NCBI RefSeq assembly: GCF_041146345.1
Contig: NW_027191413.1
Location: forward strand, 434,001-498,000
DNA from: Neodothiora populina
Taxonomy: Eukaryota
DNA length: 64,000 nucleotides
Direction of reading: 5' to 3'
Part shown: piece after piece, positions 14,115 to 28,619 of the stretch
Layout: each line of letters starts with the position of its first letter
Position numbering within the stretch: position 1 is the first letter of the stretch
The notes under the pieces: model-generated
The model's input: only the letters and a program-made list of their open reading frames with translations
What the model was told of the DNA's origin: nothing
Databases searched by the model: none
Position numbers and translations under genes: made by a program

Positions 14115-14509
14115 TCAGTTCAATTGCTGGATAAGAGACACGTTGTCGCCTTTGAGAAGAATTTGTCCTGCGTATGTGTATCAGTCCTGGTGCGACCTTT
14201 ATAACCACTCTATTTGCCATTTCACTTACCGAGACTCCTTCTGCTTTCATCCGGGTCGGTCTTCGTGGGCTGCTTGACTTCGAATGCATCATCGATGACG
14301 AGGTTCATGAACTCGTCGAAGCCCTATGGCAATCAGTATTTCATGTCAGATTGTATTCTACAGGCACTCACTCTGATGGTGCCCTCAATCCTGATGCCGA
14401 GCTGCTCATACAGCCATATTGACACCTTCGCGCGCGACTGAAGAAGCTTGAAGATGAAGTTGATGGGGGGCAGAAGCACCTTGCCTCCTCCTCTACCGCG
14501 TCCGGCCAT
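14115..14509 (-). CDS. SME1: Small nuclear ribonucleoprotein Sm E (3 exons; not in the ORF track)
   Basis: Exons 14509-14372, 14323-14230 and 14167-14115 give MAGRGRGGGKVLLPPINFIFKLLQSRAKVSIWLYEQLGIRIEGTIR|GFDEFMNLVIDDAFEVK...RRSL|GQILLKGDNVSLIQQLN*. Confidence 0.97.
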
Positions 14510-15181
14510 TGTTGTGTATGTGTGAAGGGTGGGATGTGGTTTGGATTATGCTATAGTGGGCGCAAACACAGGTGTTGCGCGCGCAAGGTGGAATTCGACG
14601 ATAGTGGGGAAAAGGCGGTGATGCACTATGTCAGAGACAAAGAGCTGTGTATGGTGAGAATTGACCTGGCGTGGTGGTAGATAGATGTTGTATAACAAAG
14701 CGTTGCGCAGGTACGATATAGCACATTCACATTAGCACTAGACTGCGGTAGAGGACCTCGTCCAGCTCTCGTCCTTCCCTCTGCTCTTTCCGCCGTCGTT
14801 GGTGCTGTAGGGCTGAAGCGTGCGTCGGAGTGCCGACACGCCGATTGCACTTTCACTTGGTTCATGTGTAGGGCAGTGACGATGCACAGACCATTGGGGT
14901 TACTCTAAGAATGTGGGATGTTCATCCATTCGGACTGACTTGTTGTAAGTAATCCATGCTTGCATTTGTCTTTTATAGCAATCTGAGACCTGTCTCTACT
15001 CATTCTCCTGTTTCTCTCTTGGCTTTGCAACAAAACAATAGCCCTTCACCTCTGACTGACGGACCATTGCGTGTATCGCGCTTGGTTATCAGAAAAGAAA
15101 TACGACTCAGAGAAAATCATATAAACCCAAAACACCCCCACCTGGACTGATACTGTAGCTCGTTATCCAACAGCAGTCACG

Positions 15182-18100
15182 ATGGCCACGAATGGCAACC
15201 AGCAGGCCTTTGCGCCTGTGCTCGCCGCTCTTGCGACCATGCAGTCTAATGTAGACCGAGAACAAAAGGGTCGCGCACATGAGTTTCTTGAGCAGTTCCA
15301 AAAATCAGTATGATTTGTGCATATCCTCACATCAATAAAGTAAACATGCCTAACCGCCAGACAGCCCGAGGCATGGACGAGCACAATAGCCATATTGCAC
15401 TCGTCAGACGCAACGACACAGGCACAACTCTTTGCCGCCACCACACTCAAGGGCAAGGTATCATATACAAGCAAAGCAAGCCAGAGACAGATCAAGCACT
15501 AACCGCTCTAGATTGTCTTTGATTTCCACCAAATACCCAGAGAGTCACTACCCCAATTGAGAGATACCCTTCTATCTCTGTTGGCAACATTCGCCAAGGG
15601 GGCAAAGCCTATCCGCACACAGCTATGTGTCTGTCTGGCAAATCTGGCGATCCAGATGATCGAGTGGAAGGATGTCCTGCCCATGGTAGTCTCTACTCTC
15701 GGCAACGATGCCAACTCTCTACCTTGTGTCTTAGATTTCCTACGAGTCCTCCCCGAAGAAGTGACCGAAGGGCGCAAGATCAACCTCACAGTATGTCCGG
15801 CCACATCAAACATGACCTGGGTGGCGCGTCAAGGCGCAGAGGTCCACGGCAGATTGTCTAATTTGTGTTATTGAACAGGAGGACGAGCTCAGAGATAGGA
15901 CGTTGGAATTGCTTGAGGAGAACGGTCAACAAGTCATCGCACTCCTCACCCAGTATGCCCAGTCTTCAGGTATGCATGCGCATAGTCTCTAAGGAAAGAG
16001 CATGGGAAAAGAGAATACTGACAACCAGTGCAGAAGCTGCTTCTAAAAATTACCAACTCATGGACTGCATCACCTCATGGATACGAGAGGTTCCACTAAA
16101 CGACATTGTCAACTCACCCCTCATGGACATCATCATGAACGCTCTGCACTCCGATGACGCCTTTGAATCTGCCGTGGAGACACTCTGCGCCATCTTCAGA
16201 GAGACCAGGGACGTGGACGAGTGCATGAACATCATCAAGGCCGTCTATCCTCGCGTCATGGCCTCGCGACCGATGATCGCCCAGGCCGCCGAGGAAGAAG
16301 ATACGGATAAACTCAAGGGCATCACAAGAATCTTTGCAGAGGCTGGAGAATCTTGGGTTGTGCTCATCGCGCGTCTGCCTGAAGAGTTCCGGGGTCTGGT
16401 GGAGGCGGTACTGGAGTGCGCAGCAAGAGACAAGGAAAAGGAGGCCATTTCACTGACATTCATCTTCTGGTATGAGCTTAAGCAGTACATCACCCTCGAG
16501 CGTTACATGGCCGCCCGTGCCCAATTTGCCGATTTGTACTCCAAGTTGGTCGACATCATGGTCGGGCACCTCCAATTCCCAAGACCGGAGAACGACTCTG
16601 CCGACTTGTTTGATGGCGACAGAGAGGCCGAGGATCGCTTCCGGGAGTTCAGGCATCAGATGGGCGATGTGTTGAAGGACTGTTGCGAGGTCATTGGCGT
16701 GACGGAGTGCTTGCAAAAGTCATATCTCCTCATCGAGCAGTGGGTCAACACATACGGTGCTCAGGCCAGCAACGGCAAAGTGCCCGAGTGGCAGGCGCTC
16801 GAGGCTCCCCTGTTCAGCATGCGCGCGATGGGTCGCATGGTCCCGCCGGACGAGAACATCATGCTCCCCAGACTCATCCCTCTCATTGTGCAGATTCCCG
16901 ACCACGAGAAGGTTCGCTTCCAGGCTGTCATGGCCTTGGGGCGTTACACTGAATGGACCGCCGAACACCCAGAGACGCTTCAGGATCAGCTCAACTTCAT
17001 CATGGAAGCTTTCAACCACCCTTCGAAGGAGGTCGTTACTGCCGCCGCACTTTCATTCCGATTCTTCTGCAACGACTGTGCCTATTTGCTCAAGGATTAC
17101 GCTGGACAGCTACAGAATTTCTACGAAAGTGTCATCAACAAGCTACCGCCGTCGAGTCAAGAGGAGATCACCGAGGGAATCGCTTCTGTGATCGCCAAAC
17201 AACCCCCTGAGAACATCTTCGCAGCCTTCAAGATGTGTTGCGACCCTGTCGTCAAGCGACTAATGGAGATGGCCAACACTGCTCGAGACGAGCCAAGCAA
17301 GCTCGCAATTGCAGATCATCTTCAGCTGGTCACCATCTTCATCCAATGGATACAACCAGAAGTACCACCCTCTCAACCAAACCCAGCAGTGCAGTATTGC
17401 CAAGAGATCTTCCCCATCCTCGCCGCCATCGCAGACAACTTTGCCAATTTCGTACCAATCCTCGAGCGAGTCTGCCGCTGCTGGCGGTACATGGTTCTTT
17501 CTTACCGCACCCAAATCGCGCCTTTACTGCCGAGTCTGGCTGAGAAGCTGGCATCCGGCTTTGGTGCCTCCAGACAAGGCTGCTTCTTGTGGGCGACCGA
17601 CTCGATTGTTCGTGAATTCACTCCCGACGCGACGGATGTGGATCAAGCTACGATCAATGCCGTGTTCAGCTTCTACACTCAACAGGCAACCACTTTCCTA
17701 CGAGCGCTCAATGACCTGCCTCCTGAGCAGCTTCCCGACGGTATGGCTTGTTTTCGTTGACCTACTTTAATGAAATTATACTGACATTTGGCTGTAGTAA
17801 TTGAGGATTTCTTCCGTTTATGCATTGATGTCCTCCTGTATCACTCACCGTCGTTCATCGCCTCGGAGTTGACCCCTACAATCCTTTCAGCAGCCACGAC
17901 ATCGCTCACGTTGCTGAAGGAAGAGCCTCTACTCGCCACACTTCACTTCCTCCGCGACTTCCTCTCATACAGTGGCGATAACGCTCCCCGACCCTTCTCG
18001 GAACAGGCTGTCCCTGGTCCTGCGGAGATGGCAGCCCAGCAAAACGCAGTCAAGGCCCTCCTGCAACAACAAGGCGAGCAGATGGTTCAGCGTCTTCTGA

Positions 18101-18414
18101 CAGGCATGATGTACACTTTCCCGGCCGATTGTTTCCCAGATGCCTCTGGAGTGCTCTTGGCCCTGTTCGAGCACATGCCGCAAGCCACGGCGCAGTGGAC
18201 TGCGACGACAGTGGCCATGTTGCCTCAGGGTAGCATCTCACCACAGGAACAGGAGCGTCTGCTGCGCAACATCGGGCAGAGGATTGAGACTGGAGAGGTG
18301 CGCAAGATCAGGAGTCTGTTACAGGACTTTACCAACAGCTACCGGAGGAGGAATGTCGCGCCTAGGGAGGGCTTGGGTAGACTCGAGGCCACGAGATTCA
18401 GATTCTCTGGGTAG
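15182..18414 (+). CDS. MTR10: Importin-beta family karyopherin Mtr10 / transportin-SR (6 exons)
   Basis: MATNGNQQAFAPVLAALATMQ...AHEFLEQFQKS|PEAW...LFAATTLKGK|IVFDFHQ...KPIRTQLCVCLANLAIQM...FLRVLPEEVTEGRKINLT, followed by HEAT-like ORFs 15865..17760 and 17788..18414. Confidence 0.93.
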
Positions 18415-19037
18415 CCGAGCACGGTGTTTATAGAAAGTAGTGCCGGATCAGCCAGCTAGCCCCTTTTTTCACCCCACCTGAGGTAGAACAAGCACGAAAA
18501 CTAAGACCGCTCTCTTCCATAAGAAGAAGAAACTACAAAAAGAACTATATGCAGACCGCGTGGTCTTGCCATGGCAAGGTAGATGCTGGCTTTATTGTAC
18601 AAATTACGACCAGACATTGCATGTACAGGGTCGCCCTGCAGTACGCCGCCGGGTCCTAGACGTTCAATGCGCGACTAACGCAAGGGACAAGCTCCTTGGC
18701 AACAACGAAAGAAGGACGAACCTCGTGTCAAAGCTCCGGCATATCAACATTTAGTTACCTAGGTAAGGTACATGTCACTCGCCTTCAACTCTACCTTACC
18801 TACTTTGAAACGTCGGGGAGTTTATCAATGACATGTCTTCGAAGCTACTCTTGGTCCATCGATGGTCACGTGGACGTCTCGAATACACCAATCCCCTCGT
18901 ACAGGACCTCGAGATTCAACCGTGTCTAGTTCGCGTCACTCGAGTCTGAGCTACGCGTCTTCCCGCCCTTGATCTTTACTACTACATCAATCCCGGCTCT
19001 ACTGTCAGCGCGACAAGAAGTAAAGTACAACATCCCA

Positions 19038-20075
19038 ATGGCGCAACCCTCAGTCATCATAGATCCGAGTGTAGAGAGCACACCGGCGCGCGTAGATGTC
19101 GAGATGGGAGGATCTGAAGAAGTGCGAAGCAGTGGACTTGACGCGAACCCAGACGCAGATGCCCAAGCGCAAGGGAACGGCAATGGGGCCAGCGGAGAAG
19201 AGGGAGAGACGGGACTGGAGGGCTTTGAACCGGATGTCCCTGAACGGGTCACATTCCTAGAGTATGCCTCCACCTTTTTCTCACATTTCCAATCCTTCCT
19301 TGAATAAGCCTAACCTGATCAGAACTGACGAGCGCGTAGCTACCTCAAGTCTCCGATAGTAGCGCTGGCTGTTGGTAGTGGGGATGAAGCTACGACATTA
19401 TATGCGCATCAAGGTCTACTGGTCCAATCACCCTACTTCAGTGCGAAGGCTGCAGAGCTCCGCGACGACGCAAATGTATATCACATCACTCTATGAAAAG
19501 GAAGAGGAGAGAGCTGACGCGGCAGCGAAAAGGCTCCGCGCTCTATCAATCTCGAATCCGAAGACCTGGTAGCGACAGCCTCGTTCCTCGAGTACATCTA
19601 CAAGGGCGACTACTTCCCCACCATCCTGGCCTCGACGCAAACCCTCGAAGACGACCCTACCGTGCCCTCGCCCGACGACTCAGGCCTCGCCTTACTCCGC
19701 CATGCCCGGGTCTACACTCTGGCCCAGCGCTTCGGTCTCCCACAACTCGCCTCCCTCGCCCACAAGAAGATCCATCTCACAGCCTCGACCGCGTGCGGCG
19801 AGATCGCCTACGCCAGATACGTATACGCCAACACGCAACCCACGGACGAGAGCATCAGGAAGCCCGTCGCCGCCTTCTGGGCCACGCGGTCGCATGTGTT
19901 GAGACACGAAGCGGAGAGAGAATTCAGGACCATGTGTCTCGAGTTCCCGCAATTCGGCTTTGACGTGCTGAGTCTTGTGCTGGACGCGCAGGAGAAGAGA
20001 AGTGTCAGGGCTGGCGAGAGCTCGGTAGGTGGTAATTCGAGGAAGAGACCCAGAGCTAGTCAATCGGGATATTAA
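19038..20075 (+). CDS. Conserved fungal BTB/POZ-like domain protein (3 exons)
   Basis: Spliced RVTFLD|YLKSPIVALAVGSGDEATTLYAHQGLLVQSPYF...|APRSINLESEDLVATASFLEYIYKGDYFP...LLRHARVYTLAQRFGLPQLASLAHKKI, a typical fungal BTB pattern. Confidence 0.82.
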
Positions 20076-21659
20076 AGTGGCAGTGGATTGTTCAGAAATG
20101 CAAGAGGACGAGTTCAAGACGAAGGAAAAAGGCATATGCAGAGATATGGATCACTGTACAACATCTTGACCTGTCCTTGCGACTAACTAGTGATACATCA
20201 CCTACCGTAGTAGCAGTATGCATGGGAAAGAAAGATATGCCGAGTTCTTAGGTATGATGAGCCCTGCCACTGGACAAACACGAGCAGTAAGGGCAGAATA
20301 TAATAGTGGGTCAGCATTACGAGCCATCGGCATTGCTGTTCCGACTCGACAGACTGGTGTACTTGGGGCACGCGACGCACATAGGATACAAGGTAAGGTA
20401 GGCACTTTCGGTAATTGGCCACTTTAGTTCGCTGGGGAGACCGACCCCATAGTTTTCTGCCCCATCAAGGCGTCCTGCGACGGTACTACTACAACAAACT
20501 CCTCAAATCGCTACTGTATCAATCGAAAAAAGATGCCTGCCTTCCTCTTAAAAGTAACTTGTCATGTGCTCGGCGGTAAAAGCATGTCTCTACGGCACGA
20601 GTTAGGTTCCTACAGCGCAGCGTCTCAGCCACACCGTTCAAGGCATAAAGCATACGAATACGTCTTGGGAGTTGCGGGGGCGTTTCACTCGCACGCGCCC
20701 TGCAGCACGAGCAAACGCTATTCGAGTAGTGCTTCTTTCTACAGAGCTAAGGTCGCCGCGCAATCACTCTTGCCTGTGGGTGTGAATTGAATTGGAGGGG
20801 AGAAGCACTACCGAACCCATGGCAGAGACTCGAATTGGTCAGGTTGGATTACGCAGCCTCCTTGGCCTCTCCAGAGATGGTCAGTCCGATCAAGCTCAGA
20901 GGATCAAAAGGACCAAGCTTTATCCATCCACGAGATCAAAACAAGATGCAATCAGTGAAGTCTTGCCCATATAAGGGAGCGACAGATCTTCGCTATCGCG
21001 ACGGGTGAAGCTAGCCGTGCAGCCTCATAACACCGAACGTTCTGGTGGTCGAATCATTGTGGGGATAAACCTCGAAAGTAGGAAGAGTTGCGAGTTGATC
21101 ATTCACCGCAAGCTCCTATTATTCCTCCCGTATCCCATTTAATCTTGGCCGAATTTAAAATTAGCCTTTAGCCACTCGACTGCTTGGTGGTTTATTCGCC
21201 CGTCCGTCATTCCTAAACCCGACAAACTCCCACATCAGCCATCCTGAATCCCATACAAACCTTCTCCGAAACCTGCTCCTTTCATTGTGCTTTTATCTTA
21301 CCAAAACTCCCCGTACACTCTGCTCTCCGCGACTTTCTTACATCTGTTTTCTACTTTCGTCTCCGCGACAATCCGACCTTGTCTAATACTACACTCTTTC
21401 CGTCCCTTTTCGCGAATCCTTTTTCTCCACATTTGACACTCCACACAAGATCAGCTCACGAACAAACGAATCCCATAACAACCTACAATAATAACCGTCG
21501 CCTGAAAGTCTAAGTTGTACTTTTCACGCACAGCCTTCGAGCATTTCCGTACACTACAACACAACGAACTTCTCGAAACACCCTGTTTCGCATTAGCCAA
21601 AAATTGTCCCAAGACTCGATCAACAATCCATCCAGAGTCCCTGGAGGTGACCGGAAACC

Positions 21660-23010
21660 ATGGACATCGTGGCAAGAAATCTCACAAGCCCCGTAGACGA
21701 GCCACAATGGAACAGCAAGGGAGCTTGGAAATTGCCCGGCTGGGCTGAGCCAGTGGTATGCAGATACAAGTGTTCATGACCGCAATCCTCGCTAACCCCC
21801 AATAGATGGTCGTGTCGATTCTGTTTGGCGCCATGTTCTTCACGCGGAGACGAGGCTATCGCATCCTCGGTGGATCGCCAGGACCATATCGATCAACCCT
21901 CGACGTGCATCCAGACTCAGCGCGCTCATCCGACGAGCTCATGGGCTACGATCCGGACAACATTGACGACGAAGAAGAGTACCTGGCGGCGACCAAGTAT
22001 CTGCCCAAGACGAGGAGAATCTTAGGAGTGACCTTCAACACGCCCAACACCTCTCGTTTCAAGAACCACATCCACAGCCGCGTCCTCCAGCGCTTCCCAT
22101 TCCTCATCGAGATGTTCTACTGGGTCATCAACTACGCCTTCTATCGCTTGACTGCCATCCTCTCGCAAGCCCTGTTCGCAAAGACCGGAATCTGGCAGGT
22201 GGCGGAGGCTCACGGAATCAATGTGCTTGAGATGGAAGAGTTCAGCTGGCTGAGCTTTCTGTTCCCAATTCGCGAGACCAGTGTTCAGCAATGGTTCATG
22301 CATGGCCATCAGGATGCGCTCACCGTCCTCAACCGCGCCTACGCGCTCATTCACATTCCCGGAACTGTCGGGTAAGTTTCTCCCTGTGTCTGGAGTCAAG
22401 AACCGCAATGTAGTGACAATCATCCAGATTCATCGCATGGTATTACTATGTTGCACCTTCTCACGCAACATTCGCTACCGCTCGACGAACCATGACTCTT
22501 ACCAACTTCATGGCCTTCATGACTTTCATCGTCTATCCATGCATGCCCCCTAGGCTGCTGCCCAAAGAATATGGCTTCCTGGATACCGTGCGCCACGACG
22601 ATGCTCAGTCTGTCTGGATGAGCGGCAAGTACGTCAACAGTCTTGCAGCCATGCCCAGCATGCACTTCGGCTACTCTTTCATCATTGGCTGCACAATGAT
22701 CTACCATTCCGGCATTATGCGTACTCGACTTGAACACGGCGAGTCCAAGAAGTCGGTCCCCTGGAAGATTTTCTATCTCGTCGTCGGACTGTCATACCCG
22801 TCTCTTATCCTCACCACGATCGTCGCAACCGCAAACCATTACCTTATGGATGCCGCCGTGGCCACACTTTATGTACTCATCGCCTTTGCTTGCAATAAGG
22901 TCTTTTATGTCTTTCTCCCGCTCGAGGACTGGTTCTTGTGGGCTCTTAGGGCCGAGAAGCCAATCCCTAGCACAGGCGAGCGCTTCAGAGAGCTCGGTCA
23001 CCGCATATAG
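21660..23010 (+). CDS. Integral membrane protein with an Aur1/Ipt1-like (PAP2 superfamily) inositol-phosphotransferase domain (3 exons)
   Basis: Exon 1 MDIVARNL...WKLPGWAEPV with donor at 21756. Several hydrophobic segments. Motifs YPCMPPRLLP, AAMPSMHFGY and ATANHYLMD supply an intact H-H-D triad. Confidence 0.87.
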
Positions 23011-24463
23011 ATTTCTGGCTTTGGGAAAAGTCACTCACGTTTATTTTAATTCCTTTCCAACTCTCACGAAAAATCGCCTTTATCTTTCTGCTTGCCTTTG
23101 TGAAATATGCTTATTGCCAATTGTACTTCCGGAATAATTTGACATGTGAATGTCACGGTAATGACGCATAGGTACAATACAGTGGCCGTCATACCTTCGT
23201 TTCCTCTCTCTAGAGAATATTAAATCCCTGTGACCTTACGACCCCAATGACATACGTAAGCGCGTAAGCACAAAAGCAAGGAGTAAAGACGCTGAAGCGC
23301 TGTATCGTCCTGGCAGCAACCTTGTAGGAGTCTTGCAATTGGGTATGTTTTGCAATATACATCTGTAGGGCGACTCGACGTACCAGCGCCAAGATGATGT
23401 TGACTGAGGGGGACATCGGCTCGACCTCCGCTCATCTTTGACCGTACCCATTCATACCAGCCAATTGCTCGTCTGAAACGTGAGGATCGAGATGAGCGAT
23501 TGGTAGCATTGAGATCCTCACCGTGAAACCAGCAGAACGTCAATGCACAAAAGCCACATTAATGATGGCATGATCATGCATGCAGCAGTCAGCTAAACGA
23601 TAACCTGCCCTCACCCGCAAAACAACAGCAACCGACCTAAATTTGGCACCCGCATCTCCACCCACACACACGCGGCAAAGCTGAAGCTGGCTGTATGCCC
23701 AGAGTGGTAGCCCAAAGTAGGTAAGTAGCCGGGCTTTGCAAGCATCTGCACAGCTGCATCACATCATCCATGTGCTGTAGCGTGGTCGTTGTCGCATTTT
23801 GAAGCAAAGTCAACTTGATCCAGTCAATCAAGGTACAAAGACACTTTTCGAGTGACAGCAGCTCGTATCTCGTTCTGCGCTTTGTCGTTCACCCGCGGTA
23901 CCGATACTCGGGTACCATCTGCAGTACTTTTGGCCTTGACGTTGTTTTAGTGGTCCCGTCCAGGCATCTACTGTAAGGTACTTCTTTCTGCCGGGCTCTT
24001 GGTTATAATACCTTGTCAGGACTATCGCAGCTGGACCTCGTTTTGGTTTTCCATCTTGCACGACTATTTCGCAGTGTGCTGCTGTCATCTCTAGCTATTT
24101 CTTCGGGTGGTTGTATGAGTCAACCGGGCAAGCTGCTGTTGGACACCATATGGCTTTAGTGTCGCCAGTGAGACCCTTCGACTCTGATGAACCCATCGCG
24201 CATTGGACTCCGTTCATGAATGTTCTTCTGGAAGGATTATAATAATATCGAAACTCGTGTGTTCTTATTGCTTTAGTCGGATGTTCTGACATTATCTGGA
24301 TATACCGGGACTTTGACTATTGCGCTGAAACGCCTTGCTGCCTGAGGATATGGATTAATCTCGATTGGAGGGCATATTTCACACGATGAAACAGAGTTGA
24401 CATGCCCACCAGTCCAGGCTTTATTCTCAAACCCAAGAAGACCGACCGGCCTGTTTGCTCATA

Positions 24464-27400
24464 ATGAACCCTGTTAAGGCGGAAGGCGATCATGAGACGT
24501 ACCCATCACTCGTCGCATTTGATAGCAAGGCGGCAGAGGAGGCCGCCAGGACGAGGTTGGCCAGAAAGCGAACGAAGACCGGATGTCTGACCTGCCGCAA
24601 ACGCCGTATTAAATGCGATGAGGGTAAGCCTATATGCAAAAACTGCTACAAGTCTCGGCGACAGTGCGAAGGCTATGACCAGCGAGTGGTTTTCAAGCCG
24701 ATCGATTTCCAGTATCTTGGACCATATGGAGCAGCGACGATAACATTTCATACAAGCATGCTGCCAGGCCCCACCATTGACGCTCCCCAGAGACCGTCAG
24801 TATCTTATGGACAACCAGAGCTTAGGCCTCGCATTTCTGTACCTATGGCTCCTCCTCACACTGTTCATCCTGCTGGTGCTCCTTTTCAGTTTGTAGGCGC
24901 TCCTGTTGGTATACCACAACCGGCACACCCTTTTCCTCCGTCACAGCACTATGCTCAGCCATATCAGTGGAACTCGGGCCCTCCAGTGCAAGGACATGAG
25001 AGTATGGGTATTGCAGCCCCTCCTTCGCAGCCATATCCTCATGCACCGTTTAGATATGGGCAACCACCCGTATCGCATCTTTCGCAACCGCCAGAGAATG
25101 TACAATTACCTTTCAGGGGAGGGGAAAACCAAAATGGGCCCTACGATCATTTCCAAGGACCACAGCAAACACAGCAGTGGCCATCTGCTGTCTTGCCACA
25201 TCAGACAGTCGACAGCTGGAACACTCATGTTGCTCATGCTGGAGGAGCAATGGGACCCCCTTGGCATGTCGGACCGAGTCGCGTCACGATATCACAGACG
25301 CAGTTGACTACTACTGTTGAACATGATTGGCCGGGTCCGGTTTACTTTCAGAGACCGGATCATCAAGTGCTCGATAATAGTGCTTCATATCCACATCTGT
25401 ATCAGCAACCACAGCAACAACACCAACACCAGCAGCAGCACCCACAACTGCAATGGATGCCACCTCTACGGCAGCAGCAACCTCCTCAGCCACAACAACA
25501 GCAACATCACGACGTAAAGACCGAAACTGTGCCTGGTGTGACCGCTTCAATCACTCCAGCGCGTTCTGACGATAAAGGTACGTTCGTGCCTCGGCCATAT
25601 GAACCAAAGGAGCAGCGAAGTGCCAATGAAGAATATTACCAGAGCTTGAGTCCAGCTGGAATACTTCAAGAAGCGGCAATTGAAGCACAAGACGATGACT
25701 ACTACGACATCGACGAGCAGGATGACATGGAGCTCGAGGTTGGCGTGAAAATACTTGAAGCGAAGAAGAATAGCTTGTTGAAAGCCATGTTCGACATGAC
25801 TGGGGTTTCAGCCTCTGTTTCAAGTGTGAACAGCTTTGTTACGTTCATTTACGATGGAATTCTGAACAAATATCGTCCAGAGTGGGCTGCAAATCCCCTG
25901 AAGAACCCCGCCACTGCGAGAGTCTTTGCCCATTTCATTACTGCCACCGGCCCATTACTCACTACGTTCGTCCGAGGGGCTAGACACTCAATGTCACTGC
26001 CTCAAGATGACTTTTCAGTCACCAATAATCGAAGGTTATGGACCTACGTTATGCCAGTAATGGCACTGCAACACCAAGGCCTTTTGCAGGCAATGCTGGC
26101 CATATCGAGTCTTCACATTGCCAAATTACAGTGCGCTTGCGAAACCTCGTCTATGAAACACTACGGCTACGCGTTGAAACGGATCCACCGCAGTGTGCGT
26201 TCTCAGGAACAGAGGCACTCTGTCGCAACCTTGGCAGCAACTCTGCTGCTAGGCTATTACGAGATAGTGGCTGCGAACCATACGAATTGGAACACTCACC
26301 TCGCAGGCGCAAAGCAACTTGTCATTGAGCTCGACTTTGCCGAAATGACGCGGAAATACAGGCACATGAAACTCGAGAAAGCAAGACGAGATGAACAAAA
26401 AGCACATGCTGCACTGGGACATTCACACGTACCGACGGCTGATAATGTGCAAGACAGTATTCTAGACCAGATACCTAATGTGGCTCAGGCCGTGACTGAT
26501 TTTTTCGCTGGTCAGCGTTCAGGCCTTGATGAACGAGGTCGAGTACTGAGCGATTCTGATGGATCAAACACGAAACGCGGCGAAAAATTGGATCTTCTTG
26601 ATTACGATAATCTCAGGGAGCTTTATTGGTGGTATTGCAAGCAGGACGTCTATCAGAGCATCATCAGCGGAAATCCTCTCCTGTAAGTATGAATCAGCGG
26701 CTGGTGGCATGTATTTACTGACATTTTTGACTCCAGTCTGGAGTTCATCCACTGGACCGACTGTCCGCCAAGAGCTGTGTTGGGTGACCCTGATGCAGTG
26801 CATGGATCATTTGACCACCTTATGCTACTACTTGCTCGAATCGCGGACTTTACCTCGCGAGACAGGAAGCGAAAGCTCAGAGTGATGAGAGCAAACGGTG
26901 GAGCATGGCGGCCGCCTCCTGATCCACAGACTGAGCGATCAGCTAGCACGTCGTCGTCGTCGACCCAGAACCCTGGCTCTACAGCACGTCCTGTCAACTC
27001 CGAAATGCCTGGGAAACAATCACCACCCAAACCTCCGGTCATGCCGTTCTTCGGCATGGCACCACCGCCCGCACATCATGGCGGCATGCCGAGTCCATAC
27101 AAGCCGAGGCAGGATTCGAACGACGAAGAGCAGACTCATGCAGCAAGTCCTGCAAGCGACACCATTGATCTTACGGCAGTCACTACTGAAGCTGTAACCG
27201 AGTGGGGACAGATCAAGGCTGCCGTGGAGTTTTTCGCATCACACCTCGGGCCCGCCTTCCAGCCACTATCCTCAGAATTCTCCTGCCCGACCCCTTTCGG
27301 TCCAGCACTCGTCTATCAGTCGTGGGAGATCGGCTGCTTATGGGCATTGTACAATCTATCTCTGATCGTGCTCCACAGATCTCATCCCCACATGCCACCA

Positions 27401-27967
27401 GCAGCCCACATGGCCGCTGGCGTGGCCGCCATGCAAACCAAGGACATTGCAATGACAGTCGGTCGCATCGCCGCCGGCATCCCCATGCCCCCACCAGACC
27501 AACTCCTGCAACCCTACCTCGCCAGTTCCCTCTGCGAGCTATCCGTCCCTTTATTCTTCGCCGGCATCCAGTTCCAAGCCCCGAACCAACGCCTCTGGCT
27601 CATAGACCGCTTATACAGCGTCGACCGACGCGCCGGCTGGGCCACGGCGGGCATCATCGCCGAAGGGTGCCAAACAGCATGGATAAAAGCCGCCGCGGCT
27701 GGACGAGGCCCTCCGCACGAACGCGTCCATCCGGCTAGTTTCGTCGAGAGCAGAGTACACTATGACAGCAGGGTGTATGCGCCTTCGACTTCTTCCAACG
27801 TCGGCGGTGGTGGTGCGGACAAGACCGCTCAGAGCCACGTCATCGCCGCCGAGCACGAAGACAGCCAGAACGACAGGCGCTTCGTGCGGTCTAATCCCGC
27901 GGCGCGCTTACATTGGGGAATCGGAGTCATTGGTGGCGAGGACGATGTGGTGGATTCTGCGTCTTAG
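24464..27967 (+). CDS. Zn(II)2Cys6 transcription factor with C-terminal fungal TF domain (2 exons)
   Basis: [38 protein letters not shown], a P/Q-rich linker, [14 protein letters not shown] and ATLLLGYYE...WNTHLAGA. Intron at about 26683-26736. Confidence 0.93.
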
Positions 27968-28619
27968 AGTTGTGGACGATGGCGATGGAATGTGAAGTAA
28001 ACGACGTATTGGGCGGGTTTTCTTTTTTACTGCCTTGAACATATATGATGATGAACGACGACGACGACGATGACGATATGGCATGAGTAAGACATGTCTA
28101 AGTAATGTAGATGGATAGGTATCTATTCTCTGCCACAAAGCAGAACAACACAAAAGCCCGCCGCCGGATTCAGTCCACGTGTGAAGTCCCATTTAAACCC
28201 GTTGTCGCGCTCTGTGCGTTTTCCCACCACCCCTGGTTCTTATGATAAATCTGTCGGGTACACCTAGTCAAAGAAGAAGAAGAAGAAGCTAGCTAAATCT
28301 CAGTCGCATTTGCATTCGCATCGCAGAATCGCGGGAAGAAGCCAAAAACAACAATTCTCCCGCCCCCTCTCTGCCGCAAATAGAACCAAGCCAAGGAGCA
28401 AGAACGTCAGAGACGAAGAAACGTATCTCAAGAGAGAGGAGGAAGAGAATCGCTTTCATGTATATATGTAAGACATACATGTATAACTTGCTCGAAACCC
28501 CCCAAAAAAAACCGTGCCAATCATGTTCGTGAGGTGTGCAGTTGAGACGCTCTTTCTTTTTTTTCGTTTCAATCAAACAGGCTGACGTCGCTCATGCTTC
28601 TCTTTGACTGTGCCCACCG

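Noticed and set aside
21707..21748. Short ATG-started ORF (MEQQGSLEIARLG) as a uORF of the Aur1/Ipt1-like gene
   Set aside because: It lies out of frame inside the true exon 1, which starts upstream at 21660.
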